Below are positions 14,060 to 25,869 of a DNA stretch of 64,000 nucleotides, in pieces. A model generated the notes under the pieces. It was not told where the DNA came from. It saw nothing but the letters and a program-made list of their open reading frames with translations, and searched no databases. The stretch spans positions 930,001-994,000 of the forward strand of contig CATNEN010000011.1 of NCBI GenBank assembly GCA_950097015.1, given 5' to 3'. A program made the translations under genes and the position numbers. The stretch is from Macrostomum hystrix (taxonomy: Eukaryota > Animalia > Platyhelminthes). The number at the start of each line of letters is the position of its first letter. Position 1 is the first letter of the stretch.

Positions 14060-14377
14060 GATAGCGCACTAATAGAGAGGTTGTAGCCTAGTGGTTAGGG
14101 CTTCGGACTCACAACTTGAAGGTCGGGGGTTCGATTCCCGACTCCCCTGAACAATTTGTGTCCTTTAGCAAGACACTTAACTCTGCATTGCTTCAGTTCA
14201 CCCAGCTTTTAAATGGGTACCAGCATCAGCTGGGATAATTGAAGGTGGGTGTGGCGTCCCCCCAGTCCATGGACTGAACAGCTGTACGCAGCCTTCAGAT
14301 GCGCCGCGCATTAGCTGCGGCTGTGCTGTCGGCTGCACCCGATTGGGGCAGGTGTAATCAATTATAATTATTATTAT
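14060..14377 (+). mobile_element. tRNA-derived CORE-type SINE, full length
   Basis: A-box (tagcctagtgg), B-box (ggttcgattccc), CORE-like tgtgtcctttagcaagacacttaac...aaatgggtacc, and an (ATT)n tail. Flanked by a 12-bp direct repeat TAATAGCGCATT at 14048-59 and 14378-89. Confidence 0.85.
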
Positions 14378-14924
14378 TAATAGCGCATTACTTTTATTTG
14401 CCCATACCATCGATCATGATATATTGTTTATTTTATATTCCTCCGGAATGTACTACACATAGATAAATTTGCATTGTGCTAGATCTTTTCATGTTTTCAG
14501 TTCTTATGCTGAAAATATGCTAACAGAAAATACTTATCTGCTTATCAACTTAGGTGAGATAAAGCTCTCAGTTGTATTGAAGTATATAGGAACTATTACA
14601 CTTTTCTTTAGCTATGTAAATCAACCATATCTGCCTGTGTGGGTGTGCTAAGACTATAACAAATATTTAACTGAGATTTTCTCTGAACATATCAGAGCAG
14701 CAAAGCCCCGTTGAGCGCCAAAGATTTGCATCGCTTTCGAAAAAAGTTATTTTCCTCTTACTTAGTCTCCTATTATTTATTCGCCTACTTAAATTGGATA
14801 TTTTTAAATCGGCTCACGATGCCTGGCGTTGTACTTTCGATCAAGTTGAAATGCAGTGAGCGTAATCTATTTATCCTCAAATTGGTTTATATTGCTCTGT
14901 ACATAAAAATTCTGAGATCGTCTG

Positions 14925-17900
14925 AGCTTCTGTGTCCTTCAATTCTGAGATGCTCAGTTTGAGTCCTTCAATTCTGAGATGCTTAGTTTGAGTCCTTCAA
15001 GTCTCGGATGCTCAGTTTGAGTCCTTCAAGTCTCGGATGCTCAGTTTGAGTCCTTCAAGTCTGAGATGCTTAGCTTGAGTCCTTAAAGTCTGAGATGCTC
15101 AGTATGAGTCCTTCAAGTCTGAGATGCTCAGTTTGAGTCCTTCAATTCTGAGATGCTCAGTTTGAGTCCTTCAAGTCTCGGATGCTCAGTTTGAGTCCTT
15201 CAAGTCTGAGATGCTTAGTTTGAGTCCTTCAAGTCTCGGATGCTCAGTTTGAGTCCTTCAAGTCTGAGATGCTCAGTTTGAGTCCTTCAATTCTGAGATG
15301 CTTAGTTTGAGTACTTCAATTCTGAGATGCTCAGTTTGAGTCCTTCAAGTCTGAGATGCTCAGTTTGAGTCCTTCAAGTCTGAGATGCTCAGTTTGAGTC
15401 CTTCAATTCTGAGATGCTCAGTTTGAGTCCTTCAAGTCTGAGATGCTCAGTTTGAGTCCTTCAAGTCTGAGATGCTCAGTTTGAGTCCTTCAAGTTTTGG
15501 ATGCTCAGTTTGAGTCCTTCAAGTCTGAGATGCTCAGTATGAGTCCTTCAAGTCTGAGATGCTCAGTTTGAGTCCTTCAATTCTGAGATGCTTAGCTTGA
15601 GTCCTTAAAGTCTGAGATGCTCAGTATGAGTCCTTCAAGTCTGAGATGCTCAGTTTGAGTCCTTCAATTCTGAGATGCTTAGTTTGAGTACTTCAATTCT
15701 GAGATGCTCAGTTTGAGTCCTTCAAGTCTGAGATGCTCAGTTTGAGTCCTTCAAGTCTGAGATGCTCAGTTTGAGTCCTTCAATTCTGAGATGCTCAGTT
15801 TGAGTCCTTCAAGTCTGAGATGCTCAGTTTGAGTCCTTCAAGTCTGAGATGCTCAGTTTGAGTCCTTCAAGTTTTGGATGCTCAGTTTGAGTCCTTCAAG
15901 TCTGAGATGCTCAGTATGAGTCCTTCAAGTCTGAGATGCTCAGTTTGAGTCCTTCAATTCTGAGATGCTTAGCTTGAGTCCTTAAAGTCTGAGATGCTCA
16001 GTATGAGTCCTTCAAGTCTGAGATGCTCAGTTTGAGTCCTTCAATTCTGAGATGCTTAGTTTGAGTCCTTCAATTCTGAGATGCTCAGTTTGAGTCCTTC
16101 AAGTCTGAGATGCTCAGTTTGAGTCCTTCAATTCTGAGATGCTCAGTTTGAGTCCTTCAATTCTGAGATGCTCAGTTTGAGTCCTTCAAGTCTGAGATGC
16201 TCAGTTTGAGTCCTTCAAGTCTGAGATGCTCAGTTTGAGTCCTTCAAGTCTCGGATGCTCAGTTTGAGTCCTTCAAGTCTGAGATGCTCAGTTTGAGTCC
16301 TTCAAGTCTGAGATGCTCAGTTTGAGTCCTTCAATTCTGAGATGCTTAGCTTGAGTCCTTAAAGTCTGAGATGCTCAGTATGAGTCCTTCAAGTCTGAGA
16401 TGCTCAGTTTGAGTCCTTCAATTCTGAGATGCTTAGCTTGAGTCCTTAAAGTCTGAGATGCTCAGTATAAGTCCTTCAAGTCTGAGATGCTCAGTTTGAG
16501 TCCTTCAATTCTGAGATGCTTAGTTTGAGTCCTTCAATTCTGAGATGCTCAGTTTGAGTCCTTCAAGTCTGAGATGCTCAGTTTGAGTCCTTCAAGTCTG
16601 AGATGCTCAGTTTGAGTCCTTCAATTCTGAGATGCTCAGTTTGAGTCCTTCAAGTCTGAGATGCTCAGTTTGAGTCCTTCAAGTCTGAGATGCTCAGTTT
16701 GAGTCCTTCAAGTCTCGGATGCTCAGTTTGAGTCCTTCAAGTCTGAGATGCTCAGTATGAGTCCTTCAAGTCTGAGATGCTCAGTTTGAGTCCTTCAATT
16801 CTGAGATGCTTAGCTTGAGTCCTTAAAGTCTGAGATGCTCAGTATGAGTCCTTCAAGTCTGAGATGCTCAGTTTGAGTCCTTCAATTCTGAGATGCTCAG
16901 TTTGAGTCCTTCAATTCTGAGATGCTCAGTTTGAGTCCTTCAAGTCTGAGATGCTCAGTTTGAGTCCTTCAATTCTGAGATGCTCAGTTTGAGTCCTTCA
17001 AGTCTGAGATGCTCAGTTTGAGTCCTTCAATTCTGAGATGCTTAGTTTGAGTCCTTCAAGTTCTGAGATGCTCAGTTTGAGTCCTTCAATTCTGAGATGC
17101 TCAGTTTGAGTCCTTCAATTCTGAGATGCTTAGTTTGAGTCCTTCAATTCTGAGATGCTCAGTTTGAGTCCTTCAATTCTGAGATGCTCAGTTTGAGTCC
17201 TTCAAGTCTGAGATGCTCAGTTTGAGTCCTTCAAGTCTGAGATGCTCAGTTTGAGTCCTTCAAGTCTCGGATGCTCAGTTTGAGTCCTTCAAGTCTGAGA
17301 TGCTCAGTTTGAGTCCTTCAAGTCTGAGATGCTCAGTTTGAGTCCTTCAATTCTGAGATGCTCAGTTTGAGTCCTTCAAGTCTGAGATGCTCAGTTTGAG
17401 TCCTTCAATTCTGAGATGCTCAGTTTGAGTCCTTCAAGTCTGAGATGCTCAGTTTGAGTCCTTCAATTCTGAGATGCTTAGTTTGAGTCCTTCAATTCTG
17501 AGATGCTCAGTTTGAGTCCTTCAATTCTGAGATGCTCAGTTTGAGTCCTTCAATTCTGAGATGCTTAGTTTGAGTCCTTCAATTCTGAGATGCTCAGTTT
17601 GAGTCCTTCAATTCTGAGATGCTCAGTTTGAGTCCTTCAAGTCTGAGATGCTCAGTTTGAGTCCTTCAAGTCTGAGATGCTCAGTTTGAGTCCTTCAAGT
17701 CTCGGATGCTCAGTTTGAGTCCTTCAAGTCTGAGATGCTCAGTTTTGAGTCCTTCAAGTCTGAGATGCTCAGTTTGAGTCCTTCAATTCTGAGATGCTTA
17801 GCTTGAGTCCTTAAAGTCTGAGATGCTCAGTATGAGTCCTTCAAGTCTGAGATGCTCAGTTTGAGTCCTTCAATTCTGAGATGCTTAGCTTGAGTCCTTA

Positions 17901-18652
17901 AAGTCTGAGATGCTCAGTATAAGTCCTTCAAGTCTGAGATGCTCAGTTTGAGTCCTTCAATTCTGAGATGCTTAGTTTGAGTCCTTCAATTCTGAGATGC
18001 TCAGTTTGAGTCCTTCAAGTCTGAGATGCTCAGTTTGAGTCCTTCAAGTCTGAGATGCTCAGTTTGAGTCCTTCAATTCTGAGATGCTCAGTTTGAGTCC
18101 TTCAAGTCTGAGATGCTCAGTTTGAGTCCTTCAAGTCTGAGATGCTCAGTTTGAGTCCTTCAAGTCTCGGATGCTCAGTTTGAGTCCTTCAAGTCTGAGA
18201 TGCTCAGTATGAGTCCTTCAAGTCTGAGATGCTCAGTTTGAGTCCTTCAATTCTGAGATGCTTAGCTTGAGTCCTTAAAGTCTGAGATGCTCAGTATGAG
18301 TCCTTCAAGTCTGAGATGCTCAGTTTGAGTCCTTCAATTCTGAGATGCTCAGTTTGAGTCCTTCAATTCTGAGATGCTCAGTTTGAGTCCTTCAAGTCTG
18401 AGATGCTCAGTTTGAGTCCTTCAATTCTGAGATGCTCAGTTTGAGTCCTTCAAGTCTGAGATGCTCAGTTTGAGTCCTTCAATTCTGAGATGCTTAGTTT
18501 GAGTCCTTCAATTCTGAGATGCTCAGTTTTGAGTCCTTCAAGTCTGAGATGCTCAGTTTGAGTCCTTCAATTCTGAGATGCTTAGTTTGAGTCCTTCAAT
18601 TCTGAGATGCTCAGTTTGAGTCCTTCAAGTCTGAGATGCTCAGTTTGAGTCC
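14925..18652. repeat. Intronic satellite, 29-bp unit (tctgagatgctcagtttgagtccttcaag), ~128 copies
   Basis: Directly visible. Each unit contains a CTGAG-atg-CTCAG inverted repeat. Confidence 0.97.
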
Positions 18653-18712
18653 GCCAAAGCTGGGTTGCTCATTCTGATTATTTATGCTGATTAAAGTCTT
18701 GTCATCTTCCAG

Positions 18713-19586
18713 TGCGGCCCGGCGCCATCTCGCCAGACGCCTTCGACCAGGAGTCTCTGGTGGTGGCCTCCGACCTCAGCGATCCTGGCAGCGACAACCA
18801 GTTGGCACCTCTTGGCACAGCGGCCGGCGATACCGCGCTGGCGCCAGCCAAAGCAGACTTGCAAGAAGATTTCGACTCAGAATCAGATTTGGATGACACC
18901 CCGGAAGAGGATGAAGATTACGAAGTGGAGGACGACAAACCGGCGCAGGACTTGCCCGTGATGCGACCACTCAGCTGGGAGCCAATCAGCATTGTTCACC
19001 CGCCAACTGGCCTCGGAGCATCGGCCACTCTGCCGCAGCCGTCAACTCAGCCGCCGTTGCCGCCTACACCTCCACAGCAGCAGCAGCAGCAGCCAGTGCC
19101 GCCAAAGAAGCCACTGTCTACTACACTGCCAGTTGGAACAGCCCAAGATATCACCCAAGGTGCACTAGATTTCATGCTTAACTGTCTGGCTAGCAAGCCG
19201 ATCCTGTTGCCAGGCGATATTGACTCGTCTGATGTTGCGCCGTCTCGCCTGCTAACAAATCCATATCGCAGGCAGGCGGCGGAGCAGGCCAAGCTGCCCC
19301 AGCCGCCACTGATTGCTGAACCGTTGCCGTTAGACGCAGACGAGAGGCGTCGATATCAGCGAGGCAGGGAGGCTAAGAAGGCCGCTAGCAGTCGAAGGAG
19401 AAATCATCGACTTGGCTCAGGTGGCGGTGGCACCGGAACCGGCGGCGGAGGTGGCCCTGGCGGTGGTCCAAGTCGGTCGGCATCCTATTATCGCAGCTCC
19501 TCCGCTCTGTCTGGCAGGGAACTGTCCTTCACGGCATTGTCGCCCGCTGTTATGCGGCGTCAGAGTAAGCGTCGATCTAGATCGAG
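18713..19586 (+). CDS. Exon of giant-exon gene (acidic, Pro/Gln-rich and Gly/Arg/Ser-rich)
   Basis: 292-codon ORF. Acceptor catcttccAG at 18711-12 (phase 1, matching the 14019 donor) and donor AG|GTGAGC at 19587 (phase 2). Confidence 0.75.
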
Positions 19587-19634
19587 GTGAGCCCAATCGA
19601 ATTTTAATCACAGCTTTGCCCTCCAGATTCCCGT

Positions 19635-19815
19635 TCAAGTGTCTCTGGCTTCCCATTTATGTGTCTATGGCTTCCCATTCAAGTGTCTCTGGCTTCCCAT
19701 TCAAGTATCTCTGGCTTCCCATTCAAGTATCTCTGGCTTCCCATTCAAGTGTCTCTGGCTTCCCATTCAAGTATCTCTGGCTTCCCATTCAAGTATCTCT
19801 GGCTTCCCATTCAAG
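19635..19815. repeat. Intronic minisatellite, 22-bp unit (tcaagtatctctggcttcccat)
   Basis: Directly visible, ~8 copies. Confidence 0.9.
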
Positions 19816-19851
19816 TCCCTCAAAGCTCTCTCTAACTCTCCGTCATCGAAG

Positions 19852-20269
19852 ATCTCCGGAAACGGCCGCCGGTCGATCCAAGAGCTTCACCGGCATCGCG
19901 GGCGCTCCATCATCCGACACCCTAGTTGGTGGCGCTAAATCCGACGGCGAAGAGGTCGGCGAAGACGACTATTACGAAGAAGACGACGATGATAATTTGC
20001 GTTCGGCAACTTTCGACACCCGCCGACGCGAATGGACCTGGTTTGCCAGCAATGGCGACTTCGTTGGCGGCCCCAATTCGGCAGCCACGGCCGGGGCTAA
20101 CCACGGCGTGGATCCTCGGCTGCGTTCGCGTTCGATGCCGATACCGACCTCGGCGGATTACAACGAATTGGCGGTGCAGGTGGACCAGGCAACCAAGCGC
20201 GGCAAACGACGTCGCCGTAGAAGGCTGCCTCCGGCTACTTCGAATTTCATTTACGAAACAAGTGTCTAA
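19852..20269 (+). CDS. Probable terminal exon of giant-exon gene (SPETAAGRSKSF...NFIYETSV*)
   Basis: ctaac branch-like motif, pyrimidine run, and AG at 19850-51; phase 2 matches the 19586 donor. GC-rich coding-like sequence ending at TAA 20267-69. Confidence 0.65.
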
Positions 20270-21359
20270 ATTTTGTATTTTTTTATTACAAGGGCTGTCT
20301 AAAAATAGCGGGACTAACGAACAAAGAAACTGAACGAAATGAGGACATAAAAAAACTGCTTCTTTAAGTCTGGTCTAGTCTTCTACTTGTCTGTCCAGTT
20401 TGTTCGTTAATTCGTTATTTTTGTCACAGCTCTCGCCTATTAACAGTAGAAAGAGTACACGACATTTTTTTTCGTCGCGTACTCTTTTAGTTTTCACAGT
20501 TAGCTAATCATGAAATGTTGTCTGTTGCTCAATTTAGACGCATTGTTAAATATATTTCTATTTATTATGTAATTAAACTATGAATATAACAGTATAACAA
20601 CAGCCTTCTGTATTATAATTTAAACTCACCACATGAACTGGAGACAGAAATTCGTTTTATTTCGATATTAACTTCACTGTGTTAAATGAGGAGCTATTGT
20701 GCTGTGACCAATTTTTTTACTTTACTAATTACCTTTATCATGCCTGTGATTTACTAAATGCGATCGCCTTAAATAAATTATTTTCTCCGACAAGTAGAAA
20801 GGCTGTGCAAAATGAAACTAGTATTTCATTCACATTCCAGTTTTTTCTTCTACACAATTGCTTCTAGGAAAATCTGATCTTCGTTTTGTTTCATTTTTGT
20901 AAGTAAATTTTGTCATTAGTGTTTTACTTTCGCAGTAATCTGCACTAGAGAAATAAAAGCAACAATTGTTTCTCTGATTACACGTTTTTTGCTCATTTTC
21001 TTGAGAGAAATTTCGTTAAACCAATTTTCTTCAGCAACCACGGACCATTGTGTGTATTTTTTAATCCGCTACTCACTACTACTGTGCAGGTGAACTTTAG
21101 TAGTATGCGTTGCTTCTTTTCGCTGCTTTAAGTTTAAACAAAAACAGCCAGTGGTGCTGGTTGCGCGCTGTGCTTTTATCCGGAAACGCTTGCACAGCGT
21201 GTGCTCAAACTGATGTTTTTTTATGAATTATAGTAATTTTGTTTGATAAATGTGTCAATCAATCAATCGCTTTAATATTCGTTTTCTTACTATACTGCGA
21301 TTAGTGGCTTATAATTAATAGTTAGTAATATATTTTAATTTAATCTCTTGATATTGGCA

Positions 21360-21545
21360 TAAGGGGTAGTGTCCTAGTGGTCATAGCGGACTCACGACTG
21401 ACAGGACTCCACGAGCCACTTATCTGTGCATTTGCTTCAGTTAATAAAAAGTTTAGCTGGGGTATAATTAAGGGTAGGTGTGGCGTCCTTCCAGTCCATG
21501 GACTGAACAGCCGTACGCAGCATTCAGCCTTCTGTCCCAATTAGG
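21360..21545 (+). mobile_element. Degenerate copy of the tRNA-SINE (B-box region deleted)
   Basis: tcctagtgg...cggactcac head; ggtgtggcgtccttccagtccatggactgaacagccgtacgcagc matches the 14.2 kb copy. Confidence 0.75.
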
Positions 21546-22059
21546 TATATGTTACGTCTTTATAATTACCGATGTTAAAATAATCCTAGCAGTGAAATTC
21601 AATTAAGAAAAATCATAAATTTAAATTTGCGCCCAGATCTGAAATTTGACCTATTTTAACGTCCAAACTGATTTACGTTTTGTTTGTTAAATACTAGTAA
21701 TTATTGACGCGAGTTTACATTTTCCTTTTAATAACATCGACTTCCAAAAAAGCTTTAGTAACAAAAACAATTTCACACACACACAATCTTCTAGGGTTGC
21801 TTTTCATTTTGGTGTATTTTCCTAATGATAATTAATAAATATTTTTTGCATATGATTTCTACATGTGTCCCTCCGTGCTCTATTTAATCAACAATGCTTG
21901 GTAGCAGTATAGTACACAGACTGAATAAATACTCCATTTTTAATATAAAACAATATCTAATATGATATATTTCAGTTTTGACTGTGTCCATTCTGACACA
22001 ATTCAATGTGTTTTATTTACTTCTGTTTAATGCTTTCTATCATTTAATGCTGTTTAAAG

Positions 22060-22820
22060 TTTAGGTCAGGGTTTTGCTGTTTGTGTCAGTTTAGGTCAAG
22101 GTTTTGCAGTTTGTGTCAGTTTAGGTCAGGGTTTTGCTGTTTGTGTTAGTTTAGGTCAGGGTTTTGCTGCTTGTGTCAGTTGAGGTCAGGGTTTTGCTGT
22201 TTGTGTCAGTTTAGGTCAAGGTTTTGCAGTTTGTGTCAGTTTAGGTCAGGGTTTTGCTGTTTGTGTCAGTTTAGGTCAAGGTTTTGCAGTTTGTGTCAGT
22301 TTAGGTCAGGGTTTTGCTGTTTGTGTTAGTTTAGGTCAGGGTTTTGCTGTTTGTGTCAGTTTAGGTCAGGGTTTTGCTGTTTGTGTCAGTTTAGGTCAAG
22401 GTTTTGCAGTTTGTGTCAGTTTAGGTCAGGGTTTTGCTGTTTGTGTTAGTTTAGGTCAGGGTTTTGCTGTTTGTGTCAGTTTAGGTCACGGTTTTGCAGT
22501 TTGTGTCAGTTTAGGTCAGGGTTTTGCTGTTTGTGTTAGTTTAGGTCAGGGTTTTGTTGTGTCAGTTGAGGTCAGGTATTTGTTGTGTCAGTTTAGGTCA
22601 CGGTTTTGCAGTTTGTGTCAGTTTAGGTCAGGGTTTTGCTGTTTGTGTTAGTTTAGGTCAGGGTTTTGTTGTGTCAGTTGAGGTCAGGTATTTGTTGTGT
22701 CAGTTTAGGTCAGCTATTTGTTGTGTCAGTTTAGGTCAGCTATTTGTTGTGTCAGTTTAGGTCAGGTATTTGTTGTGTCAGTTTAGGTCAGGTATTTGTT
22801 GTGTCAGTTTAGGTCAGGGT
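22060..22820. repeat. Minisatellite, ~30-bp unit (gtttaggtcagggttttgctgtttgtgtca), shortening to ~27 bp
   Basis: Directly visible, ~25 copies. Confidence 0.95.
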
Positions 22821-22875
22821 TTATTGTTTGTTACAACTGTATGTTTAAACATATTTCAGCTTTGATCGCAAGCGC

Positions 22876-23034
22876 ATGGCTACCAAAGCAGCCAAATCCC
22901 TGGCCAAGTACGTTGGCTCGTACGCCCGCGCCATGGCCGAGAAGCACGAGCTGCTCATGCAGCGACGACTACAGGACGAGAGTCTGATGACTAGGGTCGA
23001 CCGCTTAGTCATGTCCACTGCCTATCATCGACAG
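22876..23034 (+). CDS. UQCRB: Cytochrome b-c1 complex subunit 7 homologue, coding exon 1
   Basis: ATG at 22876, 53 codons, donor CAG|GTAAGA in phase 0. A splice acceptor (atttcAG 22858-59) lies just upstream of the ATG. Confidence 0.75.
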
Positions 23035-23087
23035 GTAAGACTTCAAATTCTCCGGTCTTCATGCTCCTTCAGATTGTCCGCAAAAAT

Positions 23088-23527
23088 CCATCAGATTCCC
23101 AAGCTTATCCATCAGATTCTTAATAAAAAATATTTTAGAGTCCCCATAAAGGTCCATCAGATTCTTCATAAAGATCCATCAGATTGTCCATAAAGATCCA
23201 TCAGATTGTCCATAAAGATCCATCAGATTTTTCATAAAGATCCATCAGATTGTCTATAAAGATCCACCAGATTCTCCATAAAGATCCATCAGATTCTCCA
23301 TAAAGATCCATCAGATTGTTTATAAAGATCCATCAGATTGTCCATAAAGATCCATCAGATTCTCCATAAAGATCCATCAAATTGTCCATAAAGATCCATC
23401 AGATTCTCCATAAAGATCCATCAAATTGTCCATAAAGATACATCAGATTCTCCATAAAGATCCATCAGATTCTCTATAAAGATCCATCAGATTCTCCATA
23501 AAGATCCATCAGATTGTCCATAAAGAT
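23088..23527. repeat. Intronic minisatellite, 22-bp unit (ataaagatccatcagattctcc), followed by short (tctatga)n
   Basis: Directly visible. The same unit occurs at 27092-27530. Confidence 0.93.
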
Positions 23528-23681
23528 GGACAATGATCTATGATGATCTATGATCATGATCAATCTATGATCTATGATCAATGATCATGATCTATGATCT
23601 ATGATCTATGATCTATGATCTCTGACAACATGATCTATCAGATTCCATCTGATCAGCAAGCTTCTGTCATCTAACTCGCAG

Positions 23682-23936
23682 ATTGGCCTAGTCGACGATG
23701 ACATGCTGTACGAAACCTATCGCGATCATGTTCGCGAAGGCGTCAGCCGACTGCCTCGCGAAGAGCTGGAAAGCCGCACGTTTCGCCACATCATCGCCGC
23801 CCACCTGGACGCTAAGCGCGAGATCCTGCCAGTCAGCGAGAGAGTTACCGAGGCCAACAACCGGCCCTACGCCATCCTTTACGTCAATGACGCCCTGGAT
23901 GAGATGCACGCCAAGCTGTATTGGAAGCATCAGTGA
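23682..23936 (+). CDS. UQCRB: Cytochrome b-c1 complex subunit 7 homologue, coding exon 2
   Basis: ctaactcgcAG acceptor. IGLVDDDMLYE..VREGVSRLP..LESRTFR...LD.KREILP aligns by eye with the QCR7/UQCRB pattern LGLxxDDxLxE..VxEAxxRLP...xxRxFR..RAxDL..K..ILP. Confidence 0.8.
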   Translation: MGLVDDDMLYETYRDHVREGVSRLPREELESRTFRHIIAAHLDAKREILPVSERVTEANNRPYAILYVNDALDEMHAKLYWKHQ

Positions 23937-24384
23937 TTGGTGCGGAACACTTCGCTAGCTTACACTTATCATTGTTGCTTATTATCTACTTTGGTTGGGG
24001 TCATAGCTATTAGATAACTATTAGAACTGTTTGTGTTAGAACAAAACAAACAAGATCCTCATTAGAAACCAGACATACTATCATATATATTTTTAATGCC
24101 GCGTTTTAGAACGAAAAAAAATAAAATAGAACGAGTAGCTTAGTTTGTGAAGAAAGTTTAACGGTTCTTATTTCTTGTCAACAACAACAACAAAACTCCT
24201 GCCACAAGTGTGTTATTTTTTACTAGTTCTTTATCCTATCAGTGGTAAATATATATCGAGCACTTTCTTTTTTAGTAATAGAAAACTAGCTTTTAACGGA
24301 ATTAAATTCATAGAACACCAGATTGACGTAGTTACTTTCCTAGAATACGAGAGTGACCAAGTTTTTTTCGTAGAATGGAAAGTA

Positions 24385-25040
24385 ACGAAGTTTATTTCAT
24401 ATAATACGAGAGTAACGGAGTTGGTTTCATAGAATAAGAGAGTAACGGAGTTGGTTTCATAGAATACAAGAGTAACGAAATTGATTTCATAGAACACGAG
24501 AGTAGCGAAGTTAATTTCATAGAAACGAGAGTAATCGAGTTAATTTCCAAGAATACAAGAGTAACGAAGTTAATTTTATAGAACACGAGAGTAACGAAAT
24601 TGGTTTCATAGAAACGAGAGTAATCGAGTTAATTTCCAAGAATACAAGAGTAACGAAGTTAATTTAATAGAATACAAGAGTAACGAAGTTAATTTAATAG
24701 AATACGAGAGTAACGAAGTTGATTTAATCGAATACGAGAGTAACGAAGTTCATTTTATTGAATATGAGAGTAACGAAGTTAATTTTATTGAATACGAGAG
24801 TAACGAAGTTAATTTAATCGAATACGAGAGTAACGAAGTTAATTTTATTGAATACGAGAGTAACGAAGTTAATTTTATTGAATACGAGAGTAACGAAGTT
24901 AATTTTATTGAATACGAGAGTAACGAAGTTAATTTAATCGAATGCGAGAGTAACGAAGTTAATTTTATTGAATACGAGAGTAACGAAGTTAATTTTATTG
25001 AATACGAGAGTAACGAAGTTAATTTAATCGAATACGAGAG
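24385..25040. repeat. Minisatellite, ~30-bp unit (gaatacgagagtaacgaagttaattttatt)
   Basis: Directly visible; degenerate at the left end, homogeneous at the right. Confidence 0.93.
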
Positions 25041-25096
25041 TAACCTTAGCCTTAATTTTAATTTATAAGAATAAAAATATGACAGACGATCTAAGG

Positions 25097-25869
25097 CAGG
25101 GGTCGGCAAACTTATTAGCTAGTGGGCCAAAAAAAAAGAACCTAAAAGACGGCAGCGGGCCGCATTGACTGTAGAAATATGAGATAGGGGAGAGATGAGG
25201 CACGGGAGAGACGAGACTGAGGAGAGATGAGACACGGTAGAGACGAGACTGAGGAGAGATAAGACTGAGGAGAGATGAGACACGGGAGAGACGAGACAGA
25301 GGAGAGATAAGACTGAGGAGAGATGAGATAGCGGAGAGATGAGACACGGGAGAGACGAGGCATGGGAGAGACGAGGCATGGGAGAGACGAGACTGAGGAG
25401 AGATGAGACACGGGAGAGACGAGGCATGGGAGAGACGAGACTGAGGAGAGATGAGACACGGGAGAGACGAGGCATGGGAGAGACGAGACTGAGGAGAGAT
25501 GAGACACGGGAGAGACGAGGCATGGGAGAGACGAGACTGAGGAGAGATGAGACACGGGAGAGACGAGGCATGGGAGAGATGAGACACGGGAGAGACGAGG
25601 CATGGGAGAGATGAGACACGGGAGAGACGAGACTGAGGAGAGATAAGACTGAGGAGAGATGAGATAGCGGAGAGATGAGACACGGAAGAGACGAGACATG
25701 GGAGAGATGAGACAGCGGAGAGATGAGACACGGAAGAGACGAGACAGGGGAAAGATGAAACAGGGGAAAGATTAAACAGGATACTGTAGGTGTCGGAAGG
25801 GGCAACGGGCCGGATTTGGGAGCTTCGAGGGCCGCATCTGGCCCGCGGGCCGGAGTTTGCCGACCCCTG
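25097..25869 (-). mobile_element. Complete non-autonomous hAT (Charlie-like) MITE with internal GA-rich minisatellite
   Basis: 16-bp TIRs CAGGGGTCGGCAAACT (25097-112) and AGTTTGCCGACCCCTG (25854-69). Perfect 8-bp TSD ATCTAAGG (25089-96 and 25870-77). Subterminal GCGGGCC/GGCCCGC repeats. No transposase. Confidence 0.95.

Noticed and set aside
14020-14072. C-terminus GKAHFVSMITNSALIAH* of the 1934-aa ORF
   Set aside because: It follows a good GTAAGG donor and runs into the SINE TSD and insert, so it is probably intronic read-through.
14080-14150. tRNA gene
   Set aside because: The A/B boxes continue into a SINE body with a tail and TSD and recur in degenerate copies; no complete cloverleaf with an acceptor stem.
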